Part shown: positions 1 to 9,877 of the stretch, one piece after another
Layout: each line of letters starts with the position of its first letter
Position numbering within the stretch: position 1 is the first letter of the stretch
Assembly: GCA_913042035.1 (NCBI GenBank)
Contig: CAJWIN010000003.1
Coordinates: 1 to 52,663 of the forward strand
Direction of reading: 5' to 3'
Length of the DNA: 52,663 nt
From: an uncultured Gammaproteobacteria bacterium
GTDB lineage: Bacteria; Pseudomonadota; Gammaproteobacteria; Poriferisulfidales; GCA-002705445
Notes under the pieces: generated by a model
The model's input: only the letters and a program-made list of their open reading frames with translations
Databases searched by the model: none
Told to the model about the DNA's origin: nothing
Position numbers and translations under genes: made by a program

Positions 1-4
1 TCCT

Positions 5-1126
5 ATGTTTCATAGTATACTAGAACACTTACATGCACAAGGCCGAACTGCAGAAGTAAGCATAGAAGTTAATACAAATGGCACCAACCTCAACCGAGAC
101 TTTAAACGTTTGGTACAACCATTTAAAAAATTAGTTCTTTTTAGCATAGATGGCTATGGTGAATTAAACAATGCAATACGATATCCCACCAAGTTCTCCG
201 CAGTATCTAAGAACATACTAGCATACAGTGATATAGATAGTGGCTTAGGTGATGAAGTAATAGTGCCAACGCTTACGTTTGGTGCGACCGCGAATGCGGT
301 GATCACCGCTGGAGCTACGGTTGTTTTTGCCGATTCCGCCACCGATAGTTGGAACATCGATTCCGAGGGTATTGAGAGGCTTATAAGCACAAAGACGAAA
401 GCGATTATCGCAGTACATTTGTATGGTCAGGCTGCTTGTCTCGACGATGTTCAAAAATTCTGCACATTACATAATCTCCCCTTAATTGAAGATTCATCTC
501 AAGCACATGGAGCTTTTTGGAAGAGAAAAAGGCTTGGTTCAATTGGAGATATAGGTTGTTTTAGTTTTTATCCAACTAAAAATCTTGGAGCGCTAGGTGA
601 CGCAGGTCTAATGACTACTAACAACTTGGAGCTCGCAGAGAAGATTCGTGCATTGCGTGAATATGGTTGGAAAAATGTTAGATTTATAAGTGAATTATCT
701 GGTAGGAATAGTAGATTAGATGAGATACAAGCTGCAATATTAAATATAAAACTTCAGTATATTGACAAGTTTAACCTTATGAGAACTAAATTAGCAGATA
801 TATATAATGAAGAATTAAAAAATTTAGAAATTATTAATCTGCCAAAAAAAAATGAGCATGGATTTCATGTTTATCATCAATATACAATAAATTCAAAAAT
901 TAGAAAAAAAATTAAAGACGAGTTAGAAAAAAACAATATTGGCTCGGCTATATACTACCCAATATCACTGGAAAAACAAAGAGCCTTCACAGATATATAT
1001 GGTGAAATAAATTATTGTAAGAATTCTAACTATTTATCTAAAACATGTTTATCTTTACCAATGTATCCCCATCTTGAAGAAGAAGATGTGTTAAAAGTAT
1101 GTAAAGTTATCAAAAAAATTATATGA
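5..1126 (+). CDS. DegT/DnrJ/EryC1/StrS PLP-dependent sugar aminotransferase (probable GnnB); 5' part chimeric
   Basis: Motifs GDEVIVP, IIAVHLYGQ, IEDSSQAHGA, SFYPTKNLGALGDAG (PLP Lys), NSRLDEIQAA, HVYHQY and LSLPMYP. Its stop overlaps the lpxB start (ATGA). The first ~78 aa do not belong to this family (radical-SAM-like). Confidence 0.85.
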   Translation: MFHSILEHLHAQGRTAEVSIEVNTNGTNLNRDFKRLVQPFKKLVLFSIDGYGELNNAIRYPTKFSAVSKNILAYSDIDSGLGDEVIVPTLTFGATANAVITAGATVVFADSATDSWNIDSEGIERLISTKTKAIIAVHLYGQAACLDDVQKFCTLHNLPLIEDSSQAHGAFWKRKRLGSIGDIGCFSFYPTKNLGALGDAGLMTTNNLELAEKIRALREYGWKNVRFISELSGRNSRLDEIQAAILNIKLQYIDKFNLMRTKLADIYNEELKNLEIINLPKKNEHGFHVYHQYTINSKIRKKIKDELEKNNIGSAIYYPISLEKQRAFTDIYGEINYCKNSNYLSKTCLSLPMYPHLEEEDVLKVCKVIKKII

Positions 1127-2232
1127 AGAAGGATATGAAGAAAATTATAATAGTTGCTGGAGAAGAATCTGGAGATATGTATGCATCAAAAATAATTGAT
1201 AATTTTTCATTAAATAATAACATAAAGTTTTATGGAATGGGTTCGAGTAAAATGAAGAACACAAAAGCTAAAATAATAGTTGATTCCTCTAGTATTTCAG
1301 TCATGGGATTTTTTGAAATATTAAAGATATATCCCAAACTTATAAAATCTTTAAATCGTATGAAAAAAAGTATAAGAGAAATAAAACCTGATCTTTTAGT
1401 ACTTATAGACTATCAAGAATTTAATATGAAATTAGCAAAATATGCTAAATTAAATGGGATCAAGGTATTATTCTATATTAGCCCGCAAATATGGGCTTGG
1501 AGAAAAAATAGATTAAAGTATATAAAAAATTATATTGATGAAATGGCTGTTATATTTCCTTTTGAAAAAAAATTTTATGAAGATGAAGGAATAAGTTCGC
1601 ACTATGTAGGACATCCTTTATTAAACGATGATTCTTATAAAATAAAATATAACGTTAATAAAGACTATATAGGATTTTTCCCAGGGAGTAGATTATCTGA
1701 AGTTAAAAATCATTTGCCTATCTTAAGTGTAGTTATAGATAATATGAAGAAAAAGTACCCCGAGCAAAAATTTCTAGTATCTAGATCTTGTAATATCAAT
1801 AAAAAAATATACGAAAAATACTTTTTAAATAAAAAAAATGTTTCTATAATTACAAATGAAAATATTTATGAAACAATTGACATGTGTAAAATTGCAGTCG
1901 CAGCTTCAGGAACTATCACTTTACAAATTGCTCTTAAGAAAATACCAATGTGTGTATTTTATAAAATATCCTCATCAACGTTTTTTATAATTAAATTTTT
2001 AGTTAAAATAAAATTTATTTCTCTTGTGAATATAGTTCTGGGAAAAAAAATTGTTGAAGAATTTGTACAGAATAATGCATCGGTTAGCAATATTCAAAAT
2101 GAAATAGAAAAAATTAATTTTGATAGTGATTATAGGCAAAGTCTAATTAAAAATATAAGTAGTATTGAAAAAGTATTATTAAATAATTCTTCTAAAACAA
2201 ATATATGTCAGTTAATTGAAAAGCTACTTTAG
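1123..2232 (+). CDS. lpxB: Lipid-A-disaccharide synthase
   Basis: IVAGEESGD, SVMGFFE, LIDYQEFN, YISPQIWAWR, IFPFE, YVGHPL, PGSRLSE, ASGTITL. Confidence 0.96.
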   Translation: MKKDMKKIIIVAGEESGDMYASKIIDNFSLNNNIKFYGMGSSKMKNTKAKIIVDSSSISVMGFFEILKIYPKLIKSLNRMKKSIREIKPDLLVLIDYQEFNMKLAKYAKLNGIKVLFYISPQIWAWRKNRLKYIKNYIDEMAVIFPFEKKFYEDEGISSHYVGHPLLNDDSYKIKYNVNKDYIGFFPGSRLSEVKNHLPILSVVIDNMKKKYPEQKFLVSRSCNINKKIYEKYFLNKKNVSIITNENIYETIDMCKIAVAASGTITLQIALKKIPMCVFYKISSSTFFIIKFLVKIKFISLVNIVLGKKIVEEFVQNNASVSNIQNEIEKINFDSDYRQSLIKNISSIEKVLLNNSSKTNICQLIEKLL

Positions 2233-2234
2233 AT

Positions 2235-3026
2235 TTATTCTTGTTTTGAGGACTGTATAACACCTCTGTCACTTTGTTCTATAAAATTCAATAAATTTGA
2301 TACTTCTTCATGCTCTTTGCATAAATTTTCGAGTTCTTTGGTATTTGTAGGATTATTACTCGAGCGAAATATCAGTTTATATGCTTTATGAAGAGAATTA
2401 ATTTTCAGAGGATCAAAATTATTTCTTCTGAGACCTTCTCTATTCAATCCATGTGTTTTTGCAAAACTTCCAGTCGCAAGCAAATATGGCGGCAAATCCT
2501 GATTTAAGGCAGCTCCCATTCCAGCAAAGGAATAATCTCCTATTCTACAAAATTGGTGAACTAACACATATCCGGCTAGTACTATATTACTTCCCATTAA
2601 CACGTGCCCTGCTAAAGATGTTGCATTTGACATAACATTGTTATCACCTATAACGCAGTCATGAGCAATATGCACATATGCCATTATCCAATTATTGTTT
2701 CCGAGCTGCGTTATTGATTCCCCACCGGCTTTTGTTCCACGATTAATAGTGCAATATTCTCTTATGGTGTTTCCAGATCCAATGACTAATTTACAATCCT
2801 CCCCATTATATTTTTTATCTTGGGGAATCTCTGATATTGAAGCAAATTGATAAATTTTATTATTTTGCCCTATCTCGCAATCCCTTGAAATAACAACGTG
2901 CGGACCAATTACTGTATTTTTATCTATAGAAACATTTTCTCCAATAACAGAATATGCTCCAACTTCAACTGTAGAGTCAATTTCTGCTGAAGAATGTATT
3001 ATTGCTGATGGATGAATTTTTGACAA
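2235..3026 (-). CDS. lpxA: Acyl-ACP--UDP-N-acetylglucosamine acyltransferase
   Basis: Hexapeptide repeats, PQDKKY, IREYCTINRGT, HIAHDC, VHQFCRIG; follows fabZ; TTG start. Confidence 0.97.
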   Translation of the reverse strand: MSKIHPSAIIHSSAEIDSTVEVGAYSVIGENVSIDKNTVIGPHVVISRDCEIGQNNKIYQFASISEIPQDKKYNGEDCKLVIGSGNTIREYCTINRGTKAGGESITQLGNNNWIMAYVHIAHDCVIGDNNVMSNATSLAGHVLMGSNIVLAGYVLVHQFCRIGDYSFAGMGAALNQDLPPYLLATGSFAKTHGLNREGLRRNNFDPLKINSLHKAYKLIFRSSNNPTNTKELENLCKEHEEVSNLLNFIEQSDRGVIQSSKQE

Positions 3027-3035
3027 AATATTAGC

Positions 3036-3494
3036 CTATAATTTTTTTGGTAACTCTTTAAAACCACACATAAGTTCAGCTGATGCTGCCACCTCATCTT
3101 CAACAGTTGCTAAAGCATCGAATACTGCAAATCCTTGCTTACTTTTTTTCATTTCAACTTTAAGTCGTAATTGATCACCTGGAATAACAGGCTTTTTGAA
3201 TCTCGCTTTATCAATTCCAACAAATAAATATAAGCTTTCATTTGGCGGGCATAAGCTTGGTGTCTTAAAAACCAAAAGTCCTGAAGCCTGAGCTAATGCT
3301 TCTAAGATTAAAACACCTGGCATAACTGGATAATCTGGAAAATGTCCGTTAAAAAAAGGTTCATTTAAACTAACATTTTTAATAGCAATAATTGATTTGC
3401 CATCTTCAAATTCTGAAATTTTGTCAACTAATAGAAAAGGATATCTATGAGGAAGGAGATTCATTATCTCTAAAATGTCACCATTATTTTTCAA
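3036..3494 (-). CDS. fabZ: 3-hydroxyacyl-ACP dehydratase
   Basis: LLPHRYPFLLVD, NEPFFNGHFP, MPGVLILEALAQ. Confidence 0.98.
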   Translation of the reverse strand: MKNNGDILEIMNLLPHRYPFLLVDKISEFEDGKSIIAIKNVSLNEPFFNGHFPDYPVMPGVLILEALAQASGLLVFKTPSLCPPNESLYLFVGIDKARFKKPVIPGDQLRLKVEMKKSKQGFAVFDALATVEDEVAASAELMCGFKELPKKL

Positions 3495-3512
3495 AATAAA
3501 ACTCCATTTTTT

Positions 3513-4508
3513 TTAATTTTTTTTATTTTTTATAAAAAACTCATTAAGCTTTTTAAATCTCGCAGCACTTTTTAACCAATCCTTATTAAGCATTAGAGGT
3601 GTTCCCGAAGAATACACGCCCGCTTTTTTAATGCTGGCAGATACTTTTGTCATCCCTGTAATTTGGGTATTATCACATATTTCAATATGTCCTTGAATTC
3701 CAGCACCTCCGCCTATTGTGCAATTTTTTCCTATCTTAGCACTTCCAGCTATTCCTACGCAGCCAGCAATTGCCGTATTTTCACCGATTTCAACATTATG
3801 CGCAATCTGTATTTGGTTGTCTATTTTTACTCCATTTCCTATAATTGTATTATCTAAAGTACCTCTATCTATTGAGGTATTAGACCCAATTTCGACATTA
3901 TCACCAATTACTACTCCACCAATCTGAGGAATTTTAATCCAAGAATTATCTTCATAAGCATAACCAAAGCCATCGGACCCAATTACTGTTCCTGAATGAA
4001 TTATTATATTTTCTCCAATAATTACATTATTGTAAATCGTTACATTAGGATGTATATAAGCTCCTGCGGCAATCTTAACATTATCGCCAATTGAGCAATT
4101 ACAACCAATGAAAGATTTATTGCCAATCTCAATGCCTTTTCCGAGAACAACATTAGCACCAATATGAATTAGTCTATTTAAATTTTTTGTGTTGCTAATA
4201 ACAGAGCTATGAATATTATACTCAAAATCTAATTTAGCATTTAATAAATTTGATATCTTAGCGAAAAGAGCATAAGGATCTTTAGTAATAATTATATTGT
4301 GCTTACAAAATTTTGATAATTCACGAGTGGTAATTACAACTTTTGATTTGGTTTTTTCCAATAACTCAAGATATTTTTTATTAGATAGAAATACTACACT
4401 TGTCTCCGATGCACTTTCTATACTTGAGACTTCACTTACAAAAAAATCTCCATTTCCAGAAAACTCTACGTTAAATATTTTTGATATATTTTTTAAGGTA
4501 TAATTCAC
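3513..4508 (-). CDS. lpxD: UDP-3-O-(3-hydroxyacyl)glucosamine N-acyltransferase
   Basis: IGSDGFGY, KIPQIGGV, IDRGTLDNT, KIDNQIQIAHNV; synteny. Confidence 0.97.
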   Translation of the reverse strand: MNYTLKNISKIFNVEFSGNGDFFVSEVSSIESASETSVVFLSNKKYLELLEKTKSKVVITTRELSKFCKHNIIITKDPYALFAKISNLLNAKLDFEYNIHSSVISNTKNLNRLIHIGANVVLGKGIEIGNKSFIGCNCSIGDNVKIAAGAYIHPNVTIYNNVIIGENIIIHSGTVIGSDGFGYAYEDNSWIKIPQIGGVVIGDNVEIGSNTSIDRGTLDNTIIGNGVKIDNQIQIAHNVEIGENTAIAGCVGIAGSAKIGKNCTIGGGAGIQGHIEICDNTQITGMTKVSASIKKAGVYSSGTPLMLNKDWLKSAARFKKLNEFFIKNKKN

Positions 4509-4516
4509 AAAAAATT

Positions 4517-5035
4517 TTATTTAGCATTAAATTGCTTTAATACTTTAGCAGTTATATTAATTCCTGTTTTGTCACTCGCATAAGTTACATCAGCGTTTGT
4601 GAATATTAAGTCATATTTGCCGCCTTCAGCAATTTTTAAAATTACTTCTTTTAACTTATTTTCAATCTTACCAAGTTCATCTCTTCTTCTTAATTTAAAA
4701 TCTTCTTGAGCTTCAGTTGCATCTCTTTTAAGATCCCTCTCTGATTTTAGAATCTTTCTTTTTAAAGATTCTATTTGATCATTTGACATTATGTCTGACT
4801 CTTTTTGAAGTTTTTCTTTTTGTTTATTAATTTTTTTCGCCTTAGACTCTAATTGTTTATTTCTAGGGTTGAACTCTTCCTCAAGTTTTTTTTGAGCAGC
4901 TTTTGCTGCTGGTGACTCATTCAATATCTTAGCAACATCAACATACCCTATTTTATAATCTGCGGCATAGGAATTACTAAATATAAAAGCTGTTACCAAT
5001 ATAATTAATATTTTATTTAAATTTTTCATTGCCAT
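4517..5035 (-). CDS. skp: OmpH/Skp periplasmic chaperone
   Basis: Signal peptide, KIGYVD, long coiled-coil, YDLIF; lies between bamA and lpxD. Confidence 0.93.
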   Translation of the reverse strand: MAMKNLNKILIILVTAFIFSNSYAADYKIGYVDVAKILNESPAAKAAQKKLEEEFNPRNKQLESKAKKINKQKEKLQKESDIMSNDQIESLKRKILKSERDLKRDATEAQEDFKLRRRDELGKIENKLKEVILKIAEGGKYDLIFTNADVTYASDKTGINITAKVLKQFNAK

Positions 5036-5067
5036 TGTCCCTTTTTAATTGTTTAACATATTATAAA

Positions 5068-7359
5068 CTAATTGGTGCCGAGGTTGAACTGAAAGCTTTC
5101 AGTTTTATCCGTGTCCTCACTATTAACTGGAGTACTAATACTTACACTAACTCCTCCGAATGGTGATATCCACTTAATTGATAGCCCCAAGGAACCTTTA
5201 AGATCACCAAATTCAAATGAATCATAATCTTTAAATGCTTTTCCAAAATCAGCGAAAAATGCAGTTCTAAGATTTGCTATATCAACGGGTGGTTTGAAGA
5301 TTACTTCTGCAGTTCCTGCAACAGCAAAGTCTCCCCCGATTGGCTTACCTTTTGAATCATAAGGTGAAAGACTATTTTTTTCATAGCCTCGCACAGATTT
5401 AGGTCCACCAGTTTTAAACTTATCATAAAATGGTAGCCCCTTTGTTCCGCCATAGCCTTGACCATATTTTGTACTTCCCCTCAATCTAAGCACCACATCA
5501 TTTTGCTTATTTATATTAAAATATGAATCAGTTCTAAAATTTACTTTATAATATTCCAAATCACTTCCAGGTACGAAAACCTCTGTGCTTAAACTCGTCC
5601 TAAATCCTGATCTCGTAAATCTTGAGCTATCCCTAGTGTCAATAGCGTAGCTTACTAAAAATGAAAAATTATCAAACTTATCACCATTTTTACTAAGAAA
5701 ATCTATAATTTCATCTGCGCTATCAGGTGTTGATCGCACATCCCATTTAAAATATCTTAAGGTTAGATTAAATCTATTATCTTCTGTCATTGGAAGGCCA
5801 TAACTATATTCTAAACCCATTCTGTCAGCTTCATAATCTGAGACAGTTTCAGTATTATCTGTTTTTGTTTTTTGTAGATTAAACCCAAAACTTCTGCTTA
5901 CAGCATCCATATTATGATATGGGTTAAAAAAGTTAAATGCATATGTTCTGCTTGTTTTTGCCGTATTAAACTGAAAGGAAACTTTATTTCCAGTACCTAA
6001 AAAATTGTCCTGCTCAACTCCTGCATTTAAACTAAAACCGGTACCGGAACCACCAAGACCTGCTCCAAGGTTAAAACTACCTGATTGTTTTTCTTTAATC
6101 TTTACATTCAAATCAAGTTTATTTGTTGAGCCGGGTACTCTAATTTCTTCAATATTTACATTTTCAACAAACTTAAGCCTCTTTATTCTATCTCTAGAAA
6201 CTTTAATAGCATTTGCAGAATACCACCCTCCTTCCATCTGCCTAATTTCTCTTCTATATACTTCATCTTGAGTGGAAATATTTCCTAATATATTTATTCT
6301 TCTAACATATGTCCTATTACCAGGATCAATATAAAAACTTATGTCAACTTCACCTTTTAAATCTTCTGTCTTTCTTGGTAAAGGATTGACTTTTGAAAAA
6401 GCATAACCTTTTTCACTAAGACGAGCTTTTATATTCTCGCTAGATTTTGCAATATTAGTTCTTGAAATATATTCTCCAGTTGTCACTTTAATAGCATCAG
6501 CAATTTCTTCTATAGAAAGAATTAATTTCCCCGCAACATTAATTTTGTTAACAATATATTGCTCGCCTTCAATAATATTTATAGTAATATAAACTGCTTT
6601 TTTATCTTTACTTAGAGTTACTTGGGTTGATTCAATTGTAAAATCCATAAACCCTTTATCTTGGTAAAAACTAATTAAGCGATCAAGGTCTGCTGATAAA
6701 ACCGGAGAAGAATAAACACCGCTATCTGACCAGAACATATACCAAGTAGGCAAAGCAGTTTGAAAATCTTTTTTTAACTTATCGTCAGAATACTTTTTAT
6801 TTCCAACAATTTTTATTTGCTTAATCTCTGCCCTAACACCTTCATTTACATATACGTTTAAGTAAATCCTATTATCTTCGAGCATTGTTTCTTTGATTTC
6901 TATATCAACACTGTACATTCCTCTAGCAAAACTTTGTTCCCTTAACTCCGATTTTATTCTTTCTAATACTGAATTATCATAAATTCTACCAGATGCAATA
7001 TTTGCAGCATCTAATATTTTCTCTAGTTGTTCGTCTTCTATCCCATCTAAACCCTCAAAATCTATATCTACAATTGTTGGTCTTTCATCAAATGTTATAA
7101 TAAGAGAATTGCCTTTTTTTTCTATGACTATGTCATTAAAAAACTTAGATTTAAAAAGTGTTTTAATTACTGAGGGTGTCATTGAAGTGTCAAAAGTATC
7201 ACCGACTTCGAATGGAAGATAAGAATATATAGACCCACTGTCTACTCTTTGTAGGCCTTTTAAAACAATATCATCAATTACAAATATTTCTTTAGCATTT
7301 ATATTTTGAAAAATACTAAAAAGTGATAATACTAAAAATATTTTTTTATAAAATTTCAT
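5068..7359 (-). CDS. bamA: Outer membrane protein assembly factor BamA
   Basis: POTRA repeats (GLQRV, ERPTI, YVRRINILGN), VRGY loop-6 motif, C-terminal FQFNLG. Confidence 0.97.
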   Translation of the reverse strand: MKFYKKIFLVLSLFSIFQNINAKEIFVIDDIVLKGLQRVDSGSIYSYLPFEVGDTFDTSMTPSVIKTLFKSKFFNDIVIEKKGNSLIITFDERPTIVDIDFEGLDGIEDEQLEKILDAANIASGRIYDNSVLERIKSELREQSFARGMYSVDIEIKETMLEDNRIYLNVYVNEGVRAEIKQIKIVGNKKYSDDKLKKDFQTALPTWYMFWSDSGVYSSPVLSADLDRLISFYQDKGFMDFTIESTQVTLSKDKKAVYITINIIEGEQYIVNKINVAGKLILSIEEIADAIKVTTGEYISRTNIAKSSENIKARLSEKGYAFSKVNPLPRKTEDLKGEVDISFYIDPGNRTYVRRINILGNISTQDEVYRREIRQMEGGWYSANAIKVSRDRIKRLKFVENVNIEEIRVPGSTNKLDLNVKIKEKQSGSFNLGAGLGGSGTGFSLNAGVEQDNFLGTGNKVSFQFNTAKTSRTYAFNFFNPYHNMDAVSRSFGFNLQKTKTDNTETVSDYEADRMGLEYSYGLPMTEDNRFNLTLRYFKWDVRSTPDSADEIIDFLSKNGDKFDNFSFLVSYAIDTRDSSRFTRSGFRTSLSTEVFVPGSDLEYYKVNFRTDSYFNINKQNDVVLRLRGSTKYGQGYGGTKGLPFYDKFKTGGPKSVRGYEKNSLSPYDSKGKPIGGDFAVAGTAEVIFKPPVDIANLRTAFFADFGKAFKDYDSFEFGDLKGSLGLSIKWISPFGGVSVSISTPVNSEDTDKTESFQFNLGTN

Positions 7360-8708
7360 AACATAATTCTTATAAGATCATTGTAAAGAGCAAAAAAAGA
7401 AAGCAATATTAAAAAAGTTACTCCTACTTGTTGGAAAACCAACTGAATTTTTTCAGGTATAGGCCTTCTAATAACAAACTCAATTAAATAATACATTAAA
7501 TGACCACCGTCTAACATAGGTATTGGTAATAAATTTAATATCCCTATGCTTATACTTAGCATTGCCAGAAGACCAAGAAAGCTTGTATATCCACTTTTGA
7601 ATGAATCAGAAGCGTATCCTGCTATGCCCACTGGCCCAGATATACTTTTTGCAGAGACTTCACCTTTTACTAGCTTAAAAATAAAATTCAGTGTTAACAA
7701 AGTAAAATCATAAGTTTTTGCAAAAGATAATTTAATACTTTCAAAAAAATCATATTTAACAGTTATTCTATTTTGTTTTATTTCTTCATCCTCGATAAAT
7801 GGACTTATACCAAGTCTTCCAAATTCTTTATCATTTTTTTTAATTAACTCTGGTGTGACTTTGAGATATTCATATTTTTCATTTCTAAGAATATATAAAT
7901 TTAAAACATTGCCTGGATTTTTTTTTACGATATTAACTATTTCGTCCCAATTATTCACTTCATAATCATTCACTGAAATAATCTTATCTTCTGTTTTTAA
8001 ACCCGAATTATATGCGGGGGAGCCTTCTTCAACATATCCTATTTTCAAGGTTTTATTTATAAAATTTAGTATGCCCAAATTTTCAAGGATATTGTTTTGA
8101 TCTAATAATATATTTTCGTGTCCTACCGTATCAAGTTTTAACAATTCACCGTCTCTTAAAACCTCAAAAACAATATCTTTTTCTTCAGAGGATAATTTAA
8201 CAATCTGAAGAGTAACATCTGACCATGTGTTCACTTTTTTATCATTTACCGTGTAAATTATATCTTCAGGTGACATGCTAACTTCTTGTGCGATACTTTT
8301 GGGTGTTACAACACCAACTTTAGGTTTGAATCCATCGTATCCAGAAGAAAATATTAAAAAGTAAAAAAAAATTGCTAAGATAAAATTAAATAATGGCCCT
8401 GAAAAAACAATAATAAATCTTTTTAATAGACTTTGATTGTTAAAAGCACGATCTTTTTCAAAATCATTAACCTTTCCTTCGCGCTCATCTAGCATTTTTA
8501 CGTACCCGCCCAAAGGCAAAGCACAAATTTTATATTCGGTATTATCACTACCAAATTTTTTTCCAATTAACTTATTGCCAAAACCTACAGAAAATTCTAA
8601 AACTTTTACGCCGCACAGTCTTGCAGCTATATAATGTCCATATTCATGAAATGTAACAATAATACTTATTGTTAGAATGAAAATTAATATTGTGTCTATA
8701 AAGCTCAT
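7356..8708 (-). CDS. rseP: RIP metalloprotease RseP
   Basis: HEYGH, FSVGFG, PLGGYVKM, two PDZ domains, NLLPIPMLDGGH. Confidence 0.97.
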   Translation of the reverse strand: MSFIDTILIFILTISIIVTFHEYGHYIAARLCGVKVLEFSVGFGNKLIGKKFGSDNTEYKICALPLGGYVKMLDEREGKVNDFEKDRAFNNQSLLKRFIIVFSGPLFNFILAIFFYFLIFSSGYDGFKPKVGVVTPKSIAQEVSMSPEDIIYTVNDKKVNTWSDVTLQIVKLSSEEKDIVFEVLRDGELLKLDTVGHENILLDQNNILENLGILNFINKTLKIGYVEEGSPAYNSGLKTEDKIISVNDYEVNNWDEIVNIVKKNPGNVLNLYILRNEKYEYLKVTPELIKKNDKEFGRLGISPFIEDEEIKQNRITVKYDFFESIKLSFAKTYDFTLLTLNFIFKLVKGEVSAKSISGPVGIAGYASDSFKSGYTSFLGLLAMLSISIGILNLLPIPMLDGGHLMYYLIEFVIRRPIPEKIQLVFQQVGVTFLILLSFFALYNDLIRIML

Positions 8709-9877
8709 AAATTAATGTAGTGTTTTAAAATTTCAGTGGCTTTTATTCGGCTATCATTATCTATACGAAAAACATCCTCTATAGAAATTATTTTTTCTTT
8801 ATTATGTTTCTCTACTGTTTCATATATTATTTTATATATATCATTAAAATTTATACTATTTTTTAAAAATGCCGAAACTGCAACTTCGTTTGCAGCATTC
8901 ATAACAGTTGGAACTGATTCTCCAATTGCAGCAACTTCTTTTGCTAAATAAAAACAAGGGAATCTCTCTTTTGAAATATTCTCAAAAGTAAGTGGCTGAG
9001 ACTTTGTCAAATCGATCAAATTAACACATGAGCTTATTCTTTCTGGCCATCCTAAGCAATATGATATTGGGATTTTCATGTCATTTTTACTTACCTGAGA
9101 AATTATGGATCCATCGCTGTAACAAACCATAGAATGAACTATGCTTTGAGGATGAATGACAACATCTACTTGACTTAATTTTAAATCAAACAAATACATT
9201 GCTTCTATGATTTCTAGCCCTTTATTCATCATCGTTGCTGAATCTATGGATATTTTATTACCCATATTCCATGTTGGATGATCTAAAGCTTGCTCTTTGG
9301 TGATTTTATCAAAATCATTAAGATCCATTTTTAAAAATGGACCACCAGATGCAGTAAGAATTATTTTTTGAACAAATTTTTCGTCATTAGAAGAGAAGCA
9401 CTGATGTAATGCATTATGCTCACTATCTATTGGCAATATAGTAGCATTACTTTCTTTTGCCAAATCCATAAAAAGTTTTCCACACATAACCAGAGATTCT
9501 TTGTTTGCTAATAAAATCTTTTTTCCAGATTTTACTGCATTCAAAGATGACTCAAGACCTGCTGAGCCTGATATCGCGCAAACCACAGTATCAATCTCTT
9601 GCAAAGCTACTAAAGCATTTAATGATTCTCGCCCAAATAATACCTCAGTATTCAAATCCATATTTTTAAGGTTTAAACTAAGTTTTTTTGCATCTTCTTC
9701 TCTACTAACATGAGCATATCTAGGTTTATAAATTTTACATTGAGAAGATAAATTTTCTACTGATGAATTTGCTGTTAAAGCAAAAATACTAAAATTATCT
9801 TGATTAGCAGATATTACTTCTAGAGTATTTACTCCAATACTACCGGTTGACCCTAAAATTATGACACTATTTTTCAT
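8705..9877 (-). CDS. dxr: 1-deoxy-D-xylulose-5-phosphate reductoisomerase
   Basis: LGSTGSIG, LANKESLV, PIDSEHNA, TASGGPF, HPTWNMG, DSATMMNKGLE. Confidence 0.98.
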   Translation of the reverse strand: MKNSVIILGSTGSIGVNTLEVISANQDNFSIFALTANSSVENLSSQCKIYKPRYAHVSREEDAKKLSLNLKNMDLNTEVLFGRESLNALVALQEIDTVVCAISGSAGLESSLNAVKSGKKILLANKESLVMCGKLFMDLAKESNATILPIDSEHNALHQCFSSNDEKFVQKIILTASGGPFLKMDLNDFDKITKEQALDHPTWNMGNKISIDSATMMNKGLEIIEAMYLFDLKLSQVDVVIHPQSIVHSMVCYSDGSIISQVSKNDMKIPISYCLGWPERISSCVNLIDLTKSQPLTFENISKERFPCFYLAKEVAAIGESVPTVMNAANEVAVSAFLKNSINFNDIYKIIYETVEKHNKEKIISIEDVFRIDNDSRIKATEILKHYINL

